A stretch of DNA of 63,165 nucleotides, counting the filler, from Chiloscyllium plagiosum (Eukaryota), in assembly GCF_004010195.1 (NCBI RefSeq). It is 4 parts of one record of this genome, joined end to end, with 100 filler letters (N's around TTAATTAATTAA, not from the genome) between each part and the next. Parts side by side here need not be neighbours in the genome. Positions count along the whole stretch, not along the records: positions 1 to 13,244 come from NC_057712.1; 3 more parts are not named here. The stretch is one strand, 5' to 3'. Below are positions 1 to 12,937 of this stretch, one piece after another; position 1 is the stretch's first letter, and every line of letters starts with the position of its first letter. The notes under the pieces were generated by a model. It saw nothing but the letters and a program-made list of their open reading frames with translations. It was not told the origin of the DNA and did not search any database. The position numbers were made by a program, and so were the translations under genes.

Positions 1-280
1 TGCCTATCTCCTTTTCCACCTATCCACTCCACCCTCTCCTCCCTGACCTATCACCTTCATCCCCTCCCCCACTCACCCATTGTACTCTATGCTACTTTCT
101 CCCCACTCCCACCCTCCTCTATCTTATCTCTCCACGCTCCAGGCTCACTACCTTTATTCCTGATGAAGGGCTTTTGCCCGAAACGTCAATTTCGAAGCTC
201 CTTGGATGCTGCCTGAACTGCTGTGCTCTTCCAGCACCACTAATCCAGAATCTGGTTTCCAGCATGTGCAGTCATTGTTT
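1..280 (+). mobile_element. Penelope-like element 3' end / pseudo-LTR with hammerhead motif
   Basis: C/T-rich tail, then CTGATGA-A-GGGC-TTTT-GCCC-GAAACGTC (160-187) and the ggatgctgcctgaactgctgtgctcttccagc terminal motif shared with many copies in the window. Confidence 0.8.
156..191 (+). ncRNA. Minimal type I hammerhead ribozyme motif (PLE-associated)
   Basis: CUGAUGA core 160-166, stem II GGGC/GCCC, GAAA 180-183, palindromic ACGU, predicted GUC cleavage triplet; stem I is weak in this copy. Confidence 0.7.
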
Positions 281-523
281 CTAGCTCAGTCACACTGGCA
301 GGCTATTTGTCCATTTGCCATTTCCGCCAAGGGCCCTGTGCCCTGGTGGGATATTGGCTGCTGTGGCTGGAGGATATCTTGCTCTATGGCACACACGCAC
401 ATCAATCTAACACCTACAACATATGCCTACTGCCTGAGTAGCAAACACACTGCCTATTTATTCAAACAAATGGTAATTTTGGAAATTAGAGGGTTGGGGG
501 GGGAGGCTAGATCTCAGGTCAGG

Positions 524-730
524 GAGGAGAAAGTGACGACTGCAGATGCTGGAGATCAGAGTCGAAGAGTGTTGTGCTGGAAAAGCACAGCCGGTCAGGC
601 AGCTTCTGAGGAGCAGGAGAATTGATGCTTTGAGCATAAGCTTATGCTTGAAACATCGATTCTCCTGCTCCTCGGATGCTGTCTGACCAGCTGTGCTTTT
701 CCAGCACCACACTCTTCAACTCTCGTCCTC
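524..730. mobile_element. Inverted (head-to-head) PLE pseudo-LTR doublet, ORF-less
   Basis: gctggaaaagcacagccggtcaggcagc ... gctgtctgaccagctgtgcttttccagc arms are reverse complements. Confidence 0.75.
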
Positions 731-2410
731 GGCTCTGGTGTGCAAAGACCATTATTAGTTAGACGCACAGTCCAAGGTGCTGACTATGGTCAATTATCCA
801 CTCTGGCAAATCACAGTCAAGGTGCTGTCAGACTACAGTCAAGAGAGCGGGCAATGGTCAGTCAATGATATCATTAGTCGGGAAACTGCAAAGTCAGCTT
901 TGCAAGGTCTGGCGAATTTATCACTCAAGGATCAGAGAATATACAGTCCAAGGGTCCACCTATCAATCATTCAGGAAAGTGTAAGATGTCCTGGAGAGGC
1001 AGCAAGGAGATAATTCCCAACAGGGGTGAGGGTGTTGAGGCTGGGGGGAAAGCAGACATTTGCATATGTTTGGGACAAAGACAGTACCAGTAGGGCAGTA
1101 TCTTGTGGTAAATGGGGTACATATGGAACAGCATTGGAGGGCATAGTATACTACAAGAGAGAGGGTTGGAGGTTTGTGACAGTGACAACCAATTGCCTCC
1201 ACAGGAGAAGCATAGAGATCAGAGTGAATGTCATCATGGTATAATGCAGTGGTACAGGCACTGGAGGGTAATTATAGGCAAAGTTCAGTGTGTTTGGTAT
1301 CGCTGAACACTGGCCAAAGGTGAACCAGTATTTGTCAAATTATTAAGTGTGCTGTGGGAACTGTAGACCTTAGCCCCATTATGTGTTTAATGTTTAATAA
1401 TGGTTTGTACAGTGAAAAGTTGATTGGTTGATATGAGTCTGTGATAGCAAAAGTGTCTGGGCACTGCAGATGCTCCCTGTTCAGTGGCATGTGTTGGTCA
1501 CTCAGCTAGCGTATTGCATTCACTACATTATAGTGCATGCTGTCAGGGTGCAGGGTGTCTCACTGTACAGAGAAGTGTTCTCATCCCTTAATCCCAGGCC
1601 GCCCCAGCGATGACATGTCTGAACTCCAATAATCTCTTTTGCTCTTTGTGTCTGCAATGCGGGCCATTTCCACTGAGAAGGCCCTGTGTCCTGATGGGAT
1701 GTTAGCCACTGCGGCTGACTGCCCAAGAAAGTGAAGGAAGTTGTGGAAGGTCAGCAGGGGAGCAGCTCATTGACAGTTCACTGCCACAGCATCCCTGTGG
1801 ATGTGTAGATCAATAGGAGGCCTTGAGTTACTCAGCTCTGATTTCATTTCCTGTGAATGTATCTGGGAGTTTCACTGCAGGTTCCATATGTCCCGGGACC
1901 CTGGGATGGAAATGCGCCGGATGTTGGAGCAGGACCTTAAGGCTGTGGGAGTGGGACGCCATCTCTCCTGGTAAGGGTCACTGTCACTCTGAGATCAGTG
2001 CAACTGGCACCTTCTAGTGATCAATGGGTGACCAGTGTGGGATCTTTCAGAGGCGCACCTACAAATATAAGAGCACAGTGACCAATGCCTTCTGTGTAAG
2101 ATCACACAAGTTGCCCTGATTTACACAAATAATGTGAAGGTTGATCCATATCTAAAAAGCTATATTTAGTACAGTCCAAAGTAATTTGACATTGCTGTAA
2201 CTGAAACGTCTGCAGCTTAAAGTTCAATTATACAGGGCATTAGTAAAGCCACAGCTGGAGTATTGTAAAGGAAGGAGGTAAATACATTGGAGCTAGTTCT
2301 GAGAAGGTTTTTCAGACTAATACCTGGAATGGATGGGTAGTCTGACGAGGAAAGCTTGGATAGGCTTGGCTTATATCAACTGGAATATTAAGGAGAAGAA
2401 GGTGACTTAG

Positions 2411-2935
2411 AGTTATAGAGTCATAGAGATATACAGCATGGAAACAGCCCCTTTGGTTTAACTCATCCATGCTGACCAAATATCCTAGATTCATCTAGTC
2501 CCATTTGCTAGCCTTTGGCCCATTTCCCTCTTGACCCTTCCCATTCATATACCCATTCAGACGTCTTTTAATGCTGTGATTGTACCAGCCTCCACCACTT
2601 CCTCTGGCAGTTTGTTCCGTACATGCACCACCCTCTACGTGGAAATGTTGCCCCTTAGATCCTTTTTAAATCTTTCCCCTCTCACCTTAAACCTATTCCC
2701 TCTGGCTTTGGATTCCCCCATCTTAGGGAAAAGACCTTGTCTGTTTAATCTATCCATGCCCCTCATAATTTTATAAGCATCGATAAGGTCACCCCTCAGC
2801 CTCCGACACTCCAGTGAAAATAGCCCCACCTATTCAGTCTCTCCTTATAGCATAAACCCTCCAACCCTGGCAACATCCTTGCAAATATTTTCTGAACCCT
2901 TTCAAGTTTCACAACATCCTTTCTATAGCAGGGAG
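2411..2935 (-). mobile_element. CR1/HER1-type LINE 3' fragment inserted into an older + strand CR1 (approx. 2217-3240)
   Basis: ORF 2635-2829 GLFSLECRRLRGDLIDAYKIMRGMDR is the CR1 RT C-terminus; gagtcataga tail. Confidence 0.9.
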
Positions 2936-3899
2936 ACTTGAATCAAACATTCAAGATCCTGAGAGGACCTGACCTGATGGATGTGAAAAGGATGTATGTT
3001 CCAGTTGGAGAATCTTGAATCGAACCTCGGGATCACTGTTCAAAAATAAGAGGTTGCTCATTAAAGACAATAGATTGTCAGTCATTGGAATTATTTCTTT
3101 CAAAGTCTTCTTTCTTTGATTTTTTTTAGGCAGAGAGAGATAGATTTTTGATAAGTAATGAATATTAAGGGTAGGCAAGAATGTCGAGTTCAGGGTAAAA
3201 TCAAATTGTCCACGACCTAATTGAATGGTGGTGCAGGCATCAAATTCTTATGTGTGTATATTAAAACAATTTCTTTTTCATGATTAATTTGAAAACATCG
3301 TACTAATGGTTCGTAATATGTGACCAAAGAAGGACCAAGCTCAGTGCAGATCACCATCCATGGCCGAAGGTACTGACAGAATGAAGTCACCAGCAAGGCA
3401 ACACAATGGCTTGGACATTCGTTGGAGTAGGAATAAATGCAGTCAATGTTTTGCAGTTCATGAGGTCTTTGCCATACCTCCAGTGAAGTAACATGAGTGA
3501 AATGGGAGCAACACCAAAGAATGTCCTGAGCCAAGATCTGACCTGAAACATGTCTCATGGGAATATTAACCTCTGAGGAATTACCGAATAAATCAAGCTT
3601 GAACGTGTCATTACTGGATGCTCCCCACTGAACAGGAAGTGAGCAGTGACCCTTTGTAACAGGACTTGGCCAATGGAATGCTTGCTTTTCAGTTACAGGT
3701 ACGAGAAGTTAAATCTGAATTCAGCTTTTGTTAAAATGCACTGATTGACAACTTGGAAAAATTGGCCCTCTTTGCGCACATTATCCAGATACAAATAAGT
3801 GCAAAAAAAAACTAATTGTTGAGGCCATTGCACCAACATCATCTGAAAGATTTCTGAGCTGATACTGGTTTGGGATACTTTTCAACTGTCCCTCCAAAG

Positions 3900-4800
3900 C
3901 ATTAAGGAACAGAGGGAGTTTGGTGTGCAAGTACAATGGTGCCTTAAGGTAACAGAACAAGTAAGTAAAGTTGTTAAGAAGGCATATGAAAAACTTGCCT
4001 TTATTAGCTGAGGCATCGAGTTTAAGAGCAGGGAGTTTATGCTGGAATTTGATGAGAAGTTGGTTGGGCCACAGCTAGAGCATTGAATGCAGTTGTAGAA
4101 TCCACATTACACAAGGAATGTGACTGCACTGGAGAGGGTGCAGAGGAGATTGAGCACAGTGTTGCTGAAGAGTTTTAATTATGAAGAGAGATTGGACAGA
4201 TTGGGGTTGTTTTCCCTGGGGCAGAGGAGACTGAGGGGCCACTTGATTGAAATGTACAAAGTTATGAGGGACACGGACAGGCTGACAGGAAGGAATGTTT
4301 CCCTTTGGTGGAGGGAGCAATGACCTGGAGGCATAAATTTAAGGTAAGGAAAAGAAGAGTTCTATAGACATTGTAATGAGTCAGCTAGGTGGACCTGATA
4401 GGGTATGAGTTCCCTGAATGAACCAGATGAATATCCCCAATCAGGGAGCCCTGACTGACAGGTATAACAGGAGTGTCAGAGATTCAGTTCACTCTGAGAG
4501 TTGGCTCTGAGGGAGCTGAATCAGTATCAAGGACTCTTCATGTTTAAACAAAGGGTGACTTGGTGACAGGATACTGGCCTCTGTGGAGTTATTTCATTTT
4601 CAAAGGACTATGAGGAAGATAAGTTCACCTAGGGGATAGGGAGAATCCAGAATTCACAGTCTTTAAGGGTGGTACAGACCCTCATAACTCTTAAGAAGTA
4701 TTTAAATGTACTCTTACAATGGCAAGACAAAGGGCAATGGGTGAAGTGCTGTAAAATAAGATTAGAATAATTAGGTGGTGCAGCCTTGATAGGTTTAAGG
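3900..4800 (+). mobile_element. Degenerate CR1 LINE RT C-terminal fragment
   Basis: ORF 4120-4323 ALERVQRR...YEERLDRLGLFSLGQRRLRGHLIEMYK. Confidence 0.85.
4372..4596 (+). mobile_element. Short solo LTR (Gypsy-like) nested in CR1
   Basis: TGTAATG...ATTTCA termini, interrupts the CR1; a related partial copy lies on the - strand at 22685-22807; no clear TSD. Confidence 0.65.
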
Positions 4801-5799
4801 AGTGTTTTCTGATGTAGACCTTTATAACCCTGGTACCCAACTAAATATGCATTGGGTGGCATATATGTAAATACGAAATTTGTAATCCACTTTCAGAGGT
4901 ACCCACATCACATTGTTGAAATAAGACACAAGACCTGATTTTGAAAGACACTCTTGGAAAGACCCTCTTGTGCTCAAAGGTGTATCACAAATAATTTCAG
5001 ACCAGTTCCAATTAAACTCTGGTTTAACTGAGTTGCGTACCTCCTTCCCCTCATTATGCATGTATATTGTTTCTTATCAGTTTGCTGCAGGAACATTGCT
5101 GCATGATTTCACACTCCACACACATACACCCTTTCTGATCATTTTAGTAAAAGCTCCACGCACCAGCAATACACATACTAGCTTTGTATTCTCTGAAGAT
5201 CATGCATCATTTTAAAAGTAGATAATAAGCTTGCAACAACAAGAGGCAGCAGTTAGTGGCACTGCGTTTGTGCTTGTTTAAACTTGTTCTGAAGTAAAAA
5301 TGTAACTAAATGAGCTGCAAGGTTCGATTGGTATAATGGATGCGGAGACTGCTTTAACATCTGGCATCATTGTGATGTAAATGTGATGCAGCAAATTTGG
5401 GATGAATGTAAATATAAATATAACAATGATTACATCTTTTAGGGAAAAAGTTCTGTAATTCTGAAGTATCAGTTCACAACAAATAAGCATTATTTCCTTA
5501 TTATTTATTCACTTGAACTATTATGAGTACTACTAATAGCCTCATGCATTAAAACTGTTGATTCAACATAATTAACAATTAACCAATATAACAGAGTTGT
5601 TACAAAACAGACTATAATCGATCTAATCTGTTGCAATTTAAGCAGCTACGTGTAATCAGTTGAAAAGGTAGCCATCCACTGTTATGTTCATTCTTTCCCA
5701 ATTCACCTTACTTCATGCTTTTAAAAGCAGATTTAATTGCAGCCAGCAATACACATCTATCCACTGGAAACATGGGCTATTAATTGGATGAAGGAGGAT

Positions 5800-6005
5800 G
5801 ATTACTTTGGATGGATGGTCTGTAATGCACAGTGATCCCAACAGCATGGGTTCAATTCCTGCAAAAGCTAAGGGTACCATAAAGGACTCTCCTCTTCAAC
5901 CTCTCCTGTTGCCTGGTGTATGGAAACCCTCAAGTTAAACCACGTCTGGTCATTTCTCTGAAATGACAGAGCAGCCCTATGTTCTGGTAAGACCATAGCA
6001 ACTTC
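5800..6005 (+). mobile_element. tRNA-derived SINE, family unassigned
   Basis: B-box-like GGGTTCAATTCC near 5848 followed by a ~160 bp body. Confidence 0.45.
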
Positions 6006-6782
6006 TTAAAAATCTGTTCAGTTGTAGGATGTGAGCGTTGCTGGCTGGCCAGCATTCATTGCCCCATCCTAGTTGATGTTGAGAAGGTGTCAGTGAGCTG
6101 CCTACTCAAACCGCTGCAGTCCACCTGCTGTGGGTTGATCCACAATGTCATTAGGGAGGGAATTCCAGGATTTTTACCCAGGGACAGTGAGTATATTTCC
6201 AAGTCAGGATGACGGGTGCCTTGGAGGAGCACTTGAAGGTGATGGTGTTCCCAAATATCTGATGCTCCTGTTCTTCTAGATGGAAGTGGCCGTGAGTTGG
6301 AAGGTGCTGTCTGAGGATCTTTGCTAAGTATCTGCAGTGCATCTTGTAGATAGTACACATTGCTGCTACTGAGCAACTGAGGTAGAGGGAGTGGATGCTT
6401 GTGAGTGTAGTGCTAATAAAGCGGGGCTGCTTTGTCCTGGATGGTGTCAAGCTCCTTCAGTGTTATTGGAGCTGCCGTCATCCAGGCAAGTGGGGAGTAT
6501 TCCATCATAGTCCTGATTTGTGCCTTGTAGATGGTGGACAGGCTTTGGGGAGTCAGGAGGAGTTGCTCACTGCTGTATTACTAGCCTCTCCCCTGCTCTT
6601 GTAGCCACTGTGTTTATGTGGTGAGTCCAGTTGAGTTTCTGATCAATGATAACCCCCCCAGGATGTTGATAGTGGGGGATTCAGTTATGGTAACATCATT
6701 CATTGTTAAGGGGATGTGGTTAGATTGGGATTTGGATGGTATGAATGTTATTTGCCACTTGTCAACCCAAGCCTGAGTATTA

Positions 6783-7097
6783 GCTTAGATTACTTACAGT
6801 GTGGAAATAGGCCCTTCGGCCCAACAAGTCCACACCGACCCACCGAAGTACAACCCACCCAGATCCATTCCCCTACCTTTACCCCTTCACCTAACACTAT
6901 GAGCAATTTAGCATGGCCAATTCACCTAACCTGCGTATTTTTGGACTGTGGGAGGAAACCGGAGCACCCGGATGAAACCCACGTAGACATGGGGAGAATG
7001 TGCAAACTCCACACAGTCAGTCGCCTGAGGCGTGAATTGAACCGGGGTCTTTGGCGCTGTGAGGCAGCAGTGCTAACCACTGTGCCACCGTGCTGCC
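6783..7097 (-). mobile_element. HE1-type V-SINE
   Basis: tRNA-like head ggcacggtggcacagtggttagcactgctgcctcacagcgcc, V-domain tgtgtggagtttgcacattctcccc, aatct tail. Confidence 0.9.
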
Positions 7098-7509
7098 AGA
7101 TCTTGTTGCATTTGAACATGGGCTGATGGGAGACAGTCACTGGTTTCAAAGACTGACATTGTAGGTGTGTGAGGTCTCACTGTCTGTTCTTCAATTCCCT
7201 CTCCCTCAACAGCACTCCTCATATTGAGTCCCTCCTCCACCAATGCTCAGTAGCAGCCGTGTGTGCAATCTACAAGATGTACTGAAAAAATTCACCAATG
7301 CTCCCTGACAGCATCTTCCAAACTCATGACCATCTCCGTCTAGAAAGATAAGGACAGCGAATACTTGGGAGCACCATTCCCTGCAAGTTCCCTTCCAAGC
7401 CACTCACCATCCTGCCTTAGAAATATATTGCTGTTTCTGCAGTGTCACGAGATCAAAATCTTGGAACTCCCTCCCTGACAGGATTGTGGGACAATTTACA
7501 GCACAATTA

Positions 7510-8810
7510 GATTTCATGGAATACAGGGAGAACTAGCCATTTGGATACAGAACTGGCTCAAAGGTAAAAGACAGAGGGTGGTGGTGGAGGGCTGTTTTTC
7601 AGACTGAAGGCCTGTGACCAGTGGAATGCCACAAGGATCGGTGCTGGGTTCACTACTTTTTGTCATTTATATAAATTATTTGGATGTGAGCATAAGAGGT
7701 ACAGTTAGTAAGTTTGCAGATGACACCAAAATTGGAGGTGTAGTGGACAACGAAGAAGGTTACCTCAGATTACAACAGGATCTTGATCAGATGGGCCAAT
7801 GGCTGAGGAGTGGCCGATGAAGTTTAGTTTAGATAAATGTGATGTGCTGCATTTTGGGAAAGTAAATCTTAACAGGACTTATGTACTGAATGGTAATGTC
7901 CTAGGGAGTGTTGCTGAACAAAGAGACCTTGGACTGCAGGTTCATAGCTCCTTGAAAGTGGAGTCGCAGGTAGGTAGGATAGTGACAATGGCTGAGGAGT
8001 GGCCGATGGAGCTTAATTTAGATAAATGTGAGGTGCTGCATTTTTGGAAAGTAAATCTTAACAGGACTTATGTACTGAATGGTAATGTCCTAGGGAGTGT
8101 TGCTGAACAAAGAGACCTTGGACTGCAGGTTCATAGCTCCTTGAAAGTGGAGTCGCAGGTAGATAGGATAGTGAAGAAGGCGTTTGGTATGCTTTCCTTT
8201 ATTGGTCAGAGTATTGAGTGCAGGAGTTGAGAGGTCATGTTGCGGCTGTTCAGGACATTGGTTAGGCCACTTTTGGAATTTTGCATGCAATTCTGGTCTT
8301 CTTCCTATCAGAAGGATGTTGTGGAAAGGGTTTGGAAACATTTACAAGGATGTTGCCAGGGTTGGAGGATTTGAGCTATAGGGAGATATTGAATAGCTGG
8401 TGCTGTTTTCCCTGGAGCATTGGAGGTTGAGGGGTGACCTTATAGAATTTTATAAAATCATGAGGGGCATGGATAGGGTAAACAGACAAGATCTTTTTCC
8501 CTGTGGTGGGGGAAGTCTAGAAGTAGGTGGCATAGGTCTAGGATGAGAGGGTAAAGATATAAAAGAGATCTAAGGAGCAACTTTTTCATACAGAGGGTGA
8601 TGCATGTGTGGAGTGGGCTGCCAGGGGAAGTGGTGGAGGCTAGGATAATTGCAACATTTAAAAGGCATCTGGATGGGTATGTGAGTAGGAAGGGTTTGGA
8701 GGGATATGGGCCGGGTGCTGGCAGGTGGGACTAGATTGGGTTGGGATATCTGGTCAGCATGGACGAGTTGGACCGAACGGTCTGTTTCCGTGCTGTACAT
8801 CTCTATGACT
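7510..8810 (+). mobile_element. 5'-truncated CR1/HER1 LINE with internal 189-bp tandem duplication
   Basis: SGMPQGSVLGSLLFVIYIN...SKFADDTKIGG RT motifs; ctctatgact tail. Confidence 0.92.
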
Positions 8811-9714
8811 GCTTCAGTATCTGAGGCATTGTGAATGATGCTGAACATAGTGCAATCATCGGCGAACATTGCCATTTCTGACTTTCTGATGGAGGAAAGA
8901 TTATTGATGAAGCAGCTGAAAATGGTTTGGCTGAGAACACTATTCTGAGCAACTCATGAGAAGATGTCCTGAAGCTGGGACGGCTGCCCTCCAACAATCA
9001 TGACCATCTTCTTGTGTGTCAGATATCTAGCCATCAGAGAGTTTGCCCCCAGATTCCCATTGATTCCAGTTACACCAGGACTCCTTGATATCACACTCCA
9101 TCAAATGCAGCCTTGATTTTGAGGGTTGTCTCTCTCACCTTATTCTTTTAATTGGATGACCTTATATTCTCTGCTATTTGCATTAATCAAAGGCGATGCA
9201 ATAAATATCTACATCAGTGGGGTGTACAGCCTCCTTTGCCTGCTTCACAAAAGTCACTTGATCATATTATATCAATCTCTCTAATGGACACAGCAATCTG
9301 TTTGCATTGCTCAGGGATATTAATGTATTCAGTGATTAATTAGGATAAATGACATAAAATCCTTTCAGAATTTTGGAGGAGAACTTGCAGAAGCAGTGAA
9401 ACTGATTTACAGCGGAAAATCTGAATGATGATGGGGTGGAGGGGCAGATAGATGTACTTTCAATCAAAGCTGTCTGTCTTTTCTCCCATCATCGTTTCTG
9501 TAGATTGGGTCACACACTCCATTTGAACCACTGCATGCTTTCAGCTAAAATACAGCAGTGGGTTCACATTGCTTTCTACAAGATGGCTGACAAGGACACT
9601 CTCCCTATCTTGCCATGTACCATTAGATATACTGGGAAAGTTTATCAGCTGTTTGACCACGTTATGCATGCACCTTCCATGGCTGACAAGTACAAATGCA
9701 AGACTTGCAGTCAA

Positions 9715-11095
9715 ATAGTCATCGAGTTGTACGGCGTACAAACAGGCCCTTCAGTCCAATGCGTCCACGCCAACCAGAAATCCTAAACTAATTTAATCCC
9801 ATTTGTCAACATTTGGCCCAATTCCCTCTCAGCCCTTCCTTTTCATGTACCCATCCAGCTGCTTTTTAAATATTGTAATTGTACCAGCTTCTACCACTTC
9901 CTCTGGCAGCTTGTCCGTTACACGCACTGCATGAAAAAGTTGCCCCTTAGGTCCCTTTTAAATCTTTCCTCTCTCACCTTCATGCCATGCCCTCTAGTTT
10001 TGGACTATCCTACCCCGAGGAAAGGACCATGTCTATTTACCCTATTCATGCCTCTCATGATTTTATCAAACTCTAAAAGGTCACTCCTCAGCCTCCAATG
10101 CTCAAGGGAAAACAGCCCTACCCTATTCAGTCTTTCCCTGTAGCTTAAACTCTCCAATCCTGGCAACATCTTTGTAAATATTTTCAGAATTCTTTCAAGT
10201 TTAACAACAACTTTCCTACAGCAGGGAGCTCAGAATTGAATGCAGTATTCCATAAAGCAGCCTAACCAACGTCCTGTACAGCTGCAATATGATGTTCCAA
10301 CTCCTATACTCAATACACTGACCAATAAAGGCAAGCATACCAAATGCCTTCTTCACCACTTGGTCTACCACTTGTGACTGCACTTTCAAGGATCTGTGAG
10401 TCTGCACCCGAAGGTCTCTTTGTTCAGCAACACTCTCCAGGACCCGAACAGTGAGTGTTTAAATCTTGCCCTGATTGGCCTTACAAAAATACAACACCTT
10501 ACATTTATTTAAACTAAACTCCATCTGCCACTCCTTGACACATCAGCCTGTCTGATCAAGGTCCCATTGTATTCTAAGGTTACCTTCTTGGCTGTCCAAT
10601 TTTGGTGTCATCTGCAAACTTAATAACCATACCTCCTATGTTCACATCCAAATCATTTATATAAATGACAAAAAGCAGTGGACTCAGCATCGATCCTTGC
10701 AACACACTGCTGGTCACAGGCCTCCAGTCCAAACAACAGCCCACCTTTGTCTTCTACCTTCAAGCCAATTTTGTATGCAAATGGATAGGTCTCCCTAGAT
10801 TCCATATGATCTAACCTTGCTAATCAGTCTTCCAGGTGGGACGTTGTTGAGCACCTTGCTGAAGTTGATATAGACAACGCCCACCACTCTGCCTTCATCA
10901 ATCTTCTTTGTCACTTCTTCAAAAAATTCAATTAAGCTGATGAGATACGATGTCCCACATGCAAAGCCATGTTGACAATCTCTAATCAGTCCTTGCCTTT
11001 CCAAATATATGTAAATCCTGTCCCTCAGAATCTTCTCCAATAACTTACCTACCACTGACATCATGCTCACTAGTCCCTGGCTTTTCCTTGACAAC
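9715..11095 (-). mobile_element. CR1 LINE RT fragment
   Basis: ORF 10795-11145 SVVGKLLEKILRDRIY...QHGF; ORF 10216-10407 VVKKAFGMLAFI. Confidence 0.9.
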
Positions 11096-12094
11096 ATTCT
11101 CAAGTAATTCAAACCCAGAATTTCTGGTACGGTGACTACCACCATGTTACAAGATCACCCACATAAAACTGTTTTCCTAAAATAAACAGATTGATAAATG
11201 AGGAAACTGTTATATGTGTTTGTGTATGTACACAACCTCACAGAAACATGCCATTGCAGAATTAGTAATATGTGCTGGAAGTCTTTTTCTTTGTAATTAC
11301 TGCCGCATATCTGAGTGTAACTCAATACATGCTTAATATTGGAAATCAGCTCAGGTAGGTGCAAAGGAGGTATTACTGCATTGAGGAGTTGAGCCAGCTA
11401 ATAGCTCATATTCCACATGTGCCTGAATAGAGAAGTCAGTGGAGATAGGTTTATTGCAGTACTGGAAAAATGACCATAGTTCCCAAGGGTGAATTTATAT
11501 CCAAGATCCGATTGTACAAAACCTGCTGGATTATGTTGGGATATTGAATAGAGAAGTGATGTGAAGAAGTATCGAGCAATGGGCGAATACAATTAATGCG
11601 TAAGAGATAAAGGGATTTGATGTTTGATATGGAGCTCTTAGCAAATTTGTACCTTAGGTTTTATGTATTTTTATAAGTTTCTGCTTCATTTCATGAGCTG
11701 CCAAACTAAGCAGTGAACAGATGAAGAACTAATTATTTTTATTGTTCATTTGGGTAACAATTGCTAGCGTTAAGATGTATTAGAGTTTTGTGCAACATTT
11801 ACAGGTATCTTTATTCGAGTGGCAGAGACCAGCACGGGATTGAATGTAAGACTGCTGAGGTTTTAAGAGTCACTGTCATTAAACTTTTCAATAAAAACTC
11901 TTTGTTTGTTCTCAGAAGCTGAAGCAACTCTGTGCTTGCCTCAACTCAGCGATTTTGGGCTGATTCTTACTAGAAACTGGCTCAGTGTCCATTTTGGTGT
12001 ATTTTGCAGGGAGTTTCATTCTGTGAGGCTTTGCCATACTATCTTTCAAACTCACCTCAGTATCTATGCATCACATTCCTACAGCCTTCAATGA

Positions 12095-12582
12095 CCAGAG
12101 CATTAGTATAGGACTTGGGACATCATATTTCTGTGCAGGACATCAGTGAGGCAGCTCTTAGAATACTGTGTACAATTCTGATTGCCCTGCTATAGGAAGA
12201 ATGCTGTTAAACTTGAAAGGGTTCAGAAAGATTTACAAGGATGTTGCCAGGGTTGGAGTGATTGAGCTATAGGGAGAGGTTGAATAGGCTGGGGCTGTTT
12301 TCCCTGGAGCGTCAGAGGTTATGGAGTAACCTGATAGAGTTTATAAAATCATGAGAGGGATGGACACAGTGCATAGCCAAAGTCCTGGTTCATGTATGAG
12401 CTGCTAGAGGAAGTGATGGAGGCTGGTACAATTATACCATTTGAAAGGCATCTGTATGGACATATGAATAGGAAGGGTTGAGATCGATGTGGGCCAAATG
12501 CTGGCAAATGGGACTAGGTCAGGTTGGGATGTCTGGTTGGACCAACGAGTCTGTTTCTGTGCTGTATGGCTCTGTGACTCTA
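12095..12582 (+). mobile_element. CR1 LINE 3' fragment
   Basis: Similar to 8200-8810; ctctgtgactcta tail. Confidence 0.85.
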
Positions 12583-12724
12583 TAGAGAGTACACTCATCA
12601 TGTTCTCCCACTTCCTTTAGGTGGAAATACTCAATGGCACTATGGTTAAAAGGTGGATATGCACCTACTCAAAATGTTGGAAGTCCAGAGCTGACTAGCA
12701 CAGTTAAGCAAGTTTACCTCAGTC

Positions 12725-12937
12725 ATGGCAGACAAGGGGAAACTGGCACCCAGCTTTACTGAGAGGAGTCTGGAGGATCTGCGGAATGGGTTTGTGTGGA
12801 AGAGAGCTGCCTTCCTCCTCTGAGATCAATAAAGGGCTCCACAACACCAGGACCTACCAGCCTTCTCAGTGGTTACCACGATGGCAATGTGGTAGCCACA
12901 GTTCAGCAGTGCAGAACAAAGGTCAATGACTTTCTCT
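12725..12937 (+). pseudogene. Decayed Harbinger-type Myb/SANT-like DNA-binding gene fragment
   Basis: Manual translation MADKGKLAPSFTERSLEDL...(stops, frameshift)...TVQQCRTKVNDFL fits the APxF..L..L / QCRKxxNDL pattern. Confidence 0.6.

Larger units (their letters stand above)
6025..9140 (-). mobile_element. L2/Crack-like LINE 3' region, interrupted by HE1 and CR1 insertions
   Basis: Minus frames give IHSL..SVAAMCTIYKMHC..LRQHLP and MFADDCTMFSII (RT); host sequence resumes at ~8810. Confidence 0.7.

Noticed and set aside
206..868. Recurring ORFs such as MCCWKSAAGQAASKEQENR and MPETSILLLLGCCLTCCAFPA
   Set aside because: Spurious translations of the PLE terminal repeat, not a peptide gene family
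3217..3558. 113-aa minus ORF in unique DNA
   Set aside because: No recognisable domain or convincing splice signals; length compatible with chance
6716..7149. Recurring ORFs with GRKPEHPEETHADTGRMCKLHT
   Set aside because: Translation of HE1 SINE sequence
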